Below are positions 58,645 through 64,000 of a DNA stretch of 64,000 nt, piece by piece. The position numbers and the translations under genes were made by a program. Source of the stretch: Candidatus Heimdallarchaeota archaeon. GTDB taxonomy: Archaea; Asgardarchaeota; Heimdallarchaeia; Heimdallarchaeales; Heimdallarchaeaceae. Each line of letters starts with the position of its first letter. Within the stretch, counting starts at the first letter, position 1. Under the pieces are notes generated by a model, which did no database searches, was not told where the DNA came from, and saw nothing but the letters and a program-made list of their open reading frames with translations. The stretch spans positions 89,346 through 153,345 of the forward strand of contig JAUVXV010000007.1 in the NCBI GenBank assembly GCA_030603365.1, given 5' to 3'.

Positions 58645-59708
58645 AATACAACCTCCGAAGGATCAACTTCTAACGTTAATTCAGTGTTTGTTTTGGGTTC
58701 TATTTTAATATCTTCTTTACTGCAATCAACTTTTATGTATTCAGAAGGAGCATTTTTGACATCCACAACTATCCTAACATTGTCTTCATCTTGTTCGATA
58801 ATTGATTTAATAATCCCATGAAAAATTATCTTCTTTTCAGATAATCTCTCTGATGTGTTTATTGAAAAAGAAGATGGTTTAATTCGAATTCCAGAAATTT
58901 TTGTTTTCAGCTTTTCATGAAGTTGAATATCGCCTATTGACAATGTAATTAAACTACCTTTATCGTTATCACTCATGTACAGGACAGGCCAAACGTTACT
59001 GGTACCCATTATTTTTGCAATAAGATAATTCTTAGGATTGTGATCAATATCTAGTAATCTACCTATTTGCTGTACTTTTCCATCATACATAACTGCTACT
59101 CGATCACTTATCAGTCTAGCTTCATCACTGCTATGAGTTACATATACGGTTGTTGTTTCTGTTTCTTTTTGTATTCTTCTAATCGTTAGAGCTAAAGCTT
59201 CTCTCCCAGATGCGTCTATACTTGACAGAGGTTCGTCTAGAAGTAAGATATCTGGTTCTATTGCCATTGCTCTTGCTAAAGCAACTCTTTGTTTTTGTCC
59301 TCCACTGATTTCTCGAGGATATCTTGATAGCAAATCATCTATTTGCATTAATTCAGTAACCCACTTGAGTTTCTCTTCAATAACATCTGTCGATAGTTTC
59401 CGAGCTTCTAAACCGAATTTTACGTTGTGTTCAACATCCATATGTGGAAAAAGTACTTGAGCTTGAGGGACATATCCTACTTTTCTCTTCTGAGGTGGAT
59501 AGTTTGTTATATCTTGATTATCTAAGTGAATCGAACCTGTTTCTGGTTCTATTATTCCTGCTAAAATCTTTAACAGAGTTGTTTTACCACATCCCGATTC
59601 ACCTAAAATTACTAGGAGTTCTCCTTGATGAATATCAAGATTCAAATCATCTAAGATATACTTTTTTTCGTATCTCATTGATAATCCTTTGATATTAACT
59701 TTAACCAT
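58638..59708 (-). CDS. thiQ: Thiamine/Fe3+-type ABC transporter ATP-binding subunit
   Basis: GESGCGKTT, ISGGQKQR, LLLDEP, VTH; downstream of the permease and the thiamine-binding protein. Confidence 0.8.
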   Translation of the reverse strand: MVKVNIKGLSMRYEKKYILDDLNLDIHQGELLVILGESGCGKTTLLKILAGIIEPETGSIHLDNQDITNYPPQKRKVGYVPQAQVLFPHMDVEHNVKFGLEARKLSTDVIEEKLKWVTELMQIDDLLSRYPREISGGQKQRVALARAMAIEPDILLLDEPLSSIDASGREALALTIRRIQKETETTTVYVTHSSDEARLISDRVAVMYDGKVQQIGRLLDIDHNPKNYLIAKIMGTSNVWPVLYMSDNDKGSLITLSIGDIQLHEKLKTKISGIRIKPSSFSINTSERLSEKKIIFHGIIKSIIEQDEDNVRIVVDVKNAPSEYIKVDCSKEDIKIEPKTNTELTLEVDPSEVVLF

Positions 59709-59711
59709 TTA

Positions 59712-61460
59712 TTACACCTTTAATTCAATTTCTCCTAGCCTATGAATAGCATAGAAACAGAGTATTGTAACAAATATTAAAAGACTAGCCATGGCTAATG
59801 GAATTTGCATAGTTTGAGTTGATATGGAATCATAGATACCTATTGAAAGAGTTTTGAAATCTTCTCGGGCAAGGAAATATGTCGCACCAAATTCACCTAA
59901 ACTAATTGCAAAAGAAAATAGACCTCCTACGATAATACCTTTGTAAATCATAGGAAGTTCAATTTTCCTAAATATTCTAGTTCTTGATGCACCTAAAGTA
60001 GATGCAACATTTAGCAATTCAACATCTATCCTGTTATATGCCGCTAATATAGATCTTGTTGCAAATGGAACACTTATAATAACGTGTGATATTATCACAA
60101 AAATCCATACTGCATTATCAAATAATGAAGTATTCCGGAACTGTAAATAGACTCCAGTTGCTAATGTAATTGATGAAGTAGCCATTGGTAAGATAATTAG
60201 ATAGGAGATAAGACTTTCAGCTTTTGAAGTCTTATAACGTTTAATACTTTGATATCTACTGCGCAAAATAAACACTATAATCAATGACAATAATAAAGTA
60301 ACTACTGTTGAAATTGCCGCAATCCATAGAGTATTTCCAAGAAGAGTTAAGGGATTTGCATTTAAGACACTGATCTCTTTGTTTGAAAAGAATTCTTGAT
60401 ATCCATAGAATGCAGAATTGCCAACTTTATCTGGTATAAAAGAACGGATTATTACAGCTAGTATTGGTAAAAATGTGAATAATCCAACTAATATTAGAAA
60501 GAATATTACCCCTAAATTTCTAATAATAATGTTCCATTTTTGTTTTGAGAATTGAAATATAGTAGTCTTTAAATTTGATTCCTTTCCTTCTGCACTCTGT
60601 CTAGATTTTCTATCAAAAAGGATGTAGATTATAATGATAATACTATTAAGTATAAGTTGTATGATTGCGAGAAAACTTGCTTCCGTAAAATCTGGAGAAA
60701 CTCGAATTGACTTATATATCAAAACTTCAATTGTTTGATAGTATGGATTTGCTAGTTTCAATACAATTGCAAAACTATTGAAAGTGTATACAAAGACCAA
60801 CAAAGAAGCTGCAATTACATGATTCATTATCTGAGGACGAATTATTTTTCTGAAAATCCTTCTTTTATTTGCTCCTAAAGTTCTTGAAACTTCGACTTGA
60901 TCATAGTCAATATTTTGCCAAGCGGGTATGGTTATTCTGATAATAACAGAGATATTATAGAATACGTGAGCAAGGATAACACCTTCAATTGTACCGAATA
61001 TGGATATAAGAGGTGATGATGAATTAGTAAGAGACTTCCATATTACATTAATCCATCCTGAATTGCCATATGTTACTAGAAATCCAGATAATACCACTAT
61101 AGGAGGGAGAACAAAAGGAATTGTTAATAAATTAATTAATAGTTTTTTTCCTTTGAACTCATATTTTGCAAGAAAATAACCAGCAGGTAAACCAATGATT
61201 AAGCAGATAAAAGTAGATGCAAGTGCTTGACCAAAAGTAAAGGCTAGTGAGTAAAGATTGACTTTATCTGTTATAATCTCTCTTAAAATTATTGCAAGAT
61301 TACCAGTTTCAGAACTGAAACCATATTGAAATATCCGGATTAAGGGTAGGTAAAAAAACGAAGCTAGAAATGAAAGAAGAAAAATTATTGCTAGTGCAAT
61401 TGTAAACTTATTTACTAAAGCCTTTCTTTCAAATGTTTTTTTTCGTTGAGAAACTAGCAT
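59712..61460 (-). CDS. thiP: Thiamine ABC transporter permease (two-domain)
   Basis: FTFGQALAS, PFVLPPIVV, LAHVFYN, two EAA-like loops, SLGEFGA. Confidence 0.85.
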   Translation of the reverse strand: MLVSQRKKTFERKALVNKFTIALAIIFLLSFLASFFYLPLIRIFQYGFSSETGNLAIILREIITDKVNLYSLAFTFGQALASTFICLIIGLPAGYFLAKYEFKGKKLLINLLTIPFVLPPIVVLSGFLVTYGNSGWINVIWKSLTNSSSPLISIFGTIEGVILAHVFYNISVIIRITIPAWQNIDYDQVEVSRTLGANKRRIFRKIIRPQIMNHVIAASLLVFVYTFNSFAIVLKLANPYYQTIEVLIYKSIRVSPDFTEASFLAIIQLILNSIIIIIYILFDRKSRQSAEGKESNLKTTIFQFSKQKWNIIIRNLGVIFFLILVGLFTFLPILAVIIRSFIPDKVGNSAFYGYQEFFSNKEISVLNANPLTLLGNTLWIAAISTVVTLLLSLIIVFILRSRYQSIKRYKTSKAESLISYLIILPMATSSITLATGVYLQFRNTSLFDNAVWIFVIISHVIISVPFATRSILAAYNRIDVELLNVASTLGASRTRIFRKIELPMIYKGIIVGGLFSFAISLGEFGATYFLAREDFKTLSIGIYDSISTQTMQIPLAMASLLIFVTILCFYAIHRLGEIELKV

Positions 61461-61478
61461 TTCTTATCTCTTCTAAGT

Positions 61479-62738
61479 TTATTTTCGTTTCTTCATAGAC
61501 ACAAATACTACTGTTGTTGTGATTAAACTAAGAAACACTATTACAAACGGGCTGAAAGAAACTAATTCTGCTTCCCAATCATTTAACCAATCATCTAAAT
61601 TATTTTTAATCAAGTTAGGTGTAAGAATATCATTTAGAACAAAGTTTAGAGATTCATTGAGGAATAAGGATGGATCAATAGAATTTGCTGCAAAACAGCT
61701 AGGTATTTCAGCTTCTATATTTGCAGGATACATCCAATTGTTGAGTGGAATATTATCTTGTAATTCTTTGTTAAGAAACCAATCAATGAATTTTTTAGCT
61801 TCTGCTGAATGTGGAGCTCCACTTACAAGTCCAATTCCTTCAATTTGAAGCCATGCATTTTGCCTTATGTACGGTAGGGCTGTAGGATTTTCATGTGATA
61901 CCACTGCAGCTGAAGGTGGAGGATTACCTTCACCAACCCCGTAATCAGGATGACATACATCATAAGCTGGGCTTGTTCCGTATGAAACCATTATTGGACG
62001 ATTTTCTTGATGTGTATAATAAATACTAAAAGCATCACTCCAACTTGAAGCTATTCTCAAATCTTCTTTTGCTTCTTTCCACCAATCTCTCCAATCTTCT
62101 CCCAAAACTCCTTCAAAATCTATTTGAGGGTCACCATAAATTGCTATTGTCCAAAGTAAGAAACCCAGACCAGGAGAACTTAAAGTAGGATCTTCAACAA
62201 TAAGTTTCTTATCTAAATCGTATGTTAAAATATCTTCCAATTCAAGATATTGTATTTCAGGATTGGTAGTACTATTAATACGATTCAAATCATACCATAA
62301 TGCAATTATACCATAGTCATAAGGAAGTAAATATTTCTCTGAATCTAAATTTGATATAAGTGTACTTGAGATATTTTCTAAAGAAGGTGAATTATAACTT
62401 TCAAGAATTTCTTCTGCTTTAGCATTATGAATCATAACATTATCTAAACCTATAAGTACATCTGCAGATGGATTGTCTTTTTCCAAAATTGCTTTTGAAA
62501 GGATAGCATTTGCATCTTCCATATAGACTACATTTATTTCCTCTTCAGAAATACCACTATAACTAGCATAAGCTGAAACAAAATCATATCCAGGGTCATT
62601 TAGGAGAGTCTCATAGGTATATATTACTAATGAATTGCTTTCAGCATTTATTTCTGAAGCTTGTACTCCTGCTTGTGAAGGGAACATTACAAGAGACAAA
62701 ATTGATAAGATCAACACCAATCTCTTCATCATAATCAT
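61479..62738 (-). CDS. thiB: Thiamine ABC transporter substrate-binding protein, C-terminal membrane anchor
   Basis: L.IYTY, ADVLIGLDN, PYDYG, DP..SSPGLGFL.W, VSYGTSPAY, QIEG, NWMYP; likely start near 62738. Confidence 0.88.
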   Translation of the reverse strand: MIMMKRLVLILSILSLVMFPSQAGVQASEINAESNSLVIYTYETLLNDPGYDFVSAYASYSGISEEEINVVYMEDANAILSKAILEKDNPSADVLIGLDNVMIHNAKAEEILESYNSPSLENISSTLISNLDSEKYLLPYDYGIIALWYDLNRINSTTNPEIQYLELEDILTYDLDKKLIVEDPTLSSPGLGFLLWTIAIYGDPQIDFEGVLGEDWRDWWKEAKEDLRIASSWSDAFSIYYTHQENRPIMVSYGTSPAYDVCHPDYGVGEGNPPPSAAVVSHENPTALPYIRQNAWLQIEGIGLVSGAPHSAEAKKFIDWFLNKELQDNIPLNNWMYPANIEAEIPSCFAANSIDPSLFLNESLNFVLNDILTPNLIKNNLDDWLNDWEAELVSFSPFVIVFLSLITTTVVFVSMKKRK

Positions 62739-62779
62739 GTTACAATTAAGCACAGCTGTTTTAAATCTTAGCTTCACTA

Positions 62780-62794
62780 TATAGGTGGCCTATA
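62780..62794. promoter_or_regulatory. Candidate ThiR operator upstream of thiB
   Basis: Palindrome TATAGG-TGG-CCTATA (core ATAG-N5-CTAT) just upstream of a minus-strand TATA-like TTTAAAA. Confidence 0.5.
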
Positions 62795-62800
62795 CTCATA

Positions 62801-63709
62801 TTATTTCAGCAATTTAACAATATCCATCAGGTCGGTTCGATTTTTTGCAAAGATATAGGTTATTGACTCAAATCCTGAACTTGCTTCATCCATAATAGCT
62901 TGAACATCAATTATTCTCTTACCTTTCTCTAGATTTGAAAGAACTTTATTTTTTGCTAAATCAAGATGTTCAGTTTCTAAAAAACTAATTTTGTTTTCTT
63001 TGAAAATCTGTCTTAGTTCTTCTTTTGTTTTAATACTCAATACCCACCTAGTATCAGGTTTATTCTTTTTGAACCAAAGAAGTAGAGAAGAGGAAGTTTT
63101 AGAAGAACCAAACTCTGGAGGATGTACATTCAGAATTTGCTCCTTAACCTTGATAATTCTACCTGGAAAACTAGCTACATCATCGAGTTCCTCAGCATCG
63201 CTTTCACAAATAGCCAATTGAGAACCAATTTCTGGTACCCAAAGATAAAAACAGTCTACTTTTTTCAATTCTTCCAATGTTTCTTCTAATGTTCTGATGA
63301 TCTTGGATCTTTCTTCAATAGAGGGAATTTCATCAATTCCTGTACAAATGGAACAGTTTTTGATTTTTGCTATTTCTGGAAGAATTTCTTTATGAATAGA
63401 GCAGATTGGACCACTAACTCTCAAGGATTTACATTTAGTACAAATAGTTCTCATAATTGGTTCAATATCTTCTTTTGAAACAATCATTTCAGATACTTTG
63501 TTTGCTAAAACATCTAGATGATGGTTAATTCGTTCATCTCCTGTTTCTTCAATTTTCTTTTGAAGATAGGTAACTATTACAGGTTGTTTAACACCCAATA
63601 TGCGCGCAATTTCGTTTTGTGAGAAACCAATTTCTCTTAAGCTATGGGTTATTCGAATCCTTAATCCTGGAAGTAGAGATGAAGAAATAAATTCACATGG
63701 AAATCTCAT
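62801..63709 (-). CDS. thiR: ThiR-like regulator (N-terminal HTH + ThiN-like domain)
   Basis: PCE...LP.LR...L...G.SQ.EIARILGV.Q (HTH); C-terminal VPEIGSQLA, VASFPGRI, PEFGSS (ThiN fold); adjacent to thiBPQ. Confidence 0.82.
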   Translation of the reverse strand: MRFPCEFISSSLLPGLRIRITHSLREIGFSQNEIARILGVKQPVIVTYLQKKIEETGDERINHHLDVLANKVSEMIVSKEDIEPIMRTICTKCKSLRVSGPICSIHKEILPEIAKIKNCSICTGIDEIPSIEERSKIIRTLEETLEELKKVDCFYLWVPEIGSQLAICESDAEELDDVASFPGRIIKVKEQILNVHPPEFGSSKTSSSLLLWFKKNKPDTRWVLSIKTKEELRQIFKENKISFLETEHLDLAKNKVLSNLEKGKRIIDVQAIMDEASSGFESITYIFAKNRTDLMDIVKLLK

Positions 63710-63719
63710 AATATCACTA

Positions 63720-63746
63720 ATACTAGTTCTATTATAGGGGGGCTAT
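63720..63746. promoter_or_regulatory. Two tandem candidate ThiR operators upstream of thiR
   Basis: ATAC-TAGTT-CTAT (63720-63732) and ATAG-GGGGG-CTAT (63734-63746), same spacing as the thiB site. Confidence 0.45.
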
Positions 63747-63950
63747 TGATTCTTTTTAAGAGTTATGAATTACTTTAGGGAGATAACCCAACTATGATGA
63801 GTTGTTGTCTCCTTGTCACCTTAGACAAGAATAGTTAAATATCTTTCTCAGAGTTCATTATATGGCAGTATGCAACTGTTCTATACTTACTCTGAGCGGA
63901 TACATCACGTATCCTCCTACCCCGTTCACCGTACGTTTAGGTACAGCTTT
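63745..63950 (-). ncRNA. Putative TnpB omega-RNA (reRNA) scaffold plus flank-derived guide
   Basis: Stem-loops GGATAC-GTGAT-GTATCC, CTTGTC-N6-GACAAG and GGAGA..AACT-CATCAT-AGTT..TCTCC overlap or follow the tnpB 3' end; boundaries approximate. Confidence 0.45.
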
Positions 63951-64000
63951 CGGATCGCTTTTGACTAAAATATTGTACGCTGCATTCACATCAGCATTGA
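63765..64000 (-). mobile_element. Right end of an IS200/IS605-family element
   Basis: tnpB C-terminus followed by hairpins (63812-63829, 63779-63812) and TTCAT ending at 63765 as a possible element end. Confidence 0.7.
63858..64000 (-). CDS. tnpB: TnpB RNA-guided endonuclease, C-terminal fragment
   Basis: Manual translation NADVNAAYNILVKSDPKAVPKRTVNGVGGYVMYPLRVSIEQLHTAI*; RuvC-III motif (ADxNAAxNI). Confidence 0.85.
   Translation of the reverse strand, partial: NADVNAAYNILVKSDPKAVPKRTVNGVGGYVMYPLRVSIEQLHTAI

Noticed and set aside
62738-62800. TPP riboswitch upstream of thiB
   Set aside because: The region is too short and lacks the conserved CUGAGA and pyrophosphate-helix elements; a ThiR-like gene is adjacent.
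960-63221. Many 60-125 aa ORFs antisense to or nested in long genes (e.g. 960..1154, 4074..4406, 44560..44934, 46377..46712, 61519..61848)
   Set aside because: They are shadow frames of well-supported genes, with no motifs or independent ribosome-binding sites.
1-64000. CRISPR arrays, tRNA or rRNA genes
   Set aside because: I saw no regularly spaced repeats or GC-rich structured RNA segments; intergenic gaps are short and AT-rich. Not verified computationally.

Overview
This is an AT-rich, densely coding archaeal window. GGTGA/GGAGG Shine-Dalgarno sites, T-rich terminators and many eukaryotic-signature proteins point to an Asgard archaeon, probably Heimdallarchaeia (inference). Two small-GTPase signalling loci stand out. 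(1) 50853-56164: a Rag/Gtr-type GTPase lies directly upstream of a 1560-aa surface protein built of Ig-like repeats, one TM helix and a cytoplasmic uDENN/longin domain. That domain carries the FLCN/SMCR8-type 'DxxARG' arginine-finger motif, making it a candidate receptor-GAP for a Rag-like switch. (2) 1176-7023: a tightly coupled longin / Arf-like GTPase / 7TM operon is followed by two paralogous longin+DENN-like genes. The window also holds two tandem TM-RING E3-like genes, a TPR-longin protein, three paralogs of an unknown multi-TM family, duplicated tldD-pmbA pairs and two orphan N6-adenine methyltransferases. Further genes include a DUF134/NifX/MinD-ferredoxin operon, RNase III, a catalytically dead archaemetzincin, a thiamine ABC transporter with a ThiR-like regulator and candidate operators, and the 3' end of an IS200/IS605 tnpB. 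Four genes show frameshifts, a premature stop or missing start codons. I saw no rRNA, tRNA or CRISPR array. All family calls come from motif recognition by eye, not database searches.
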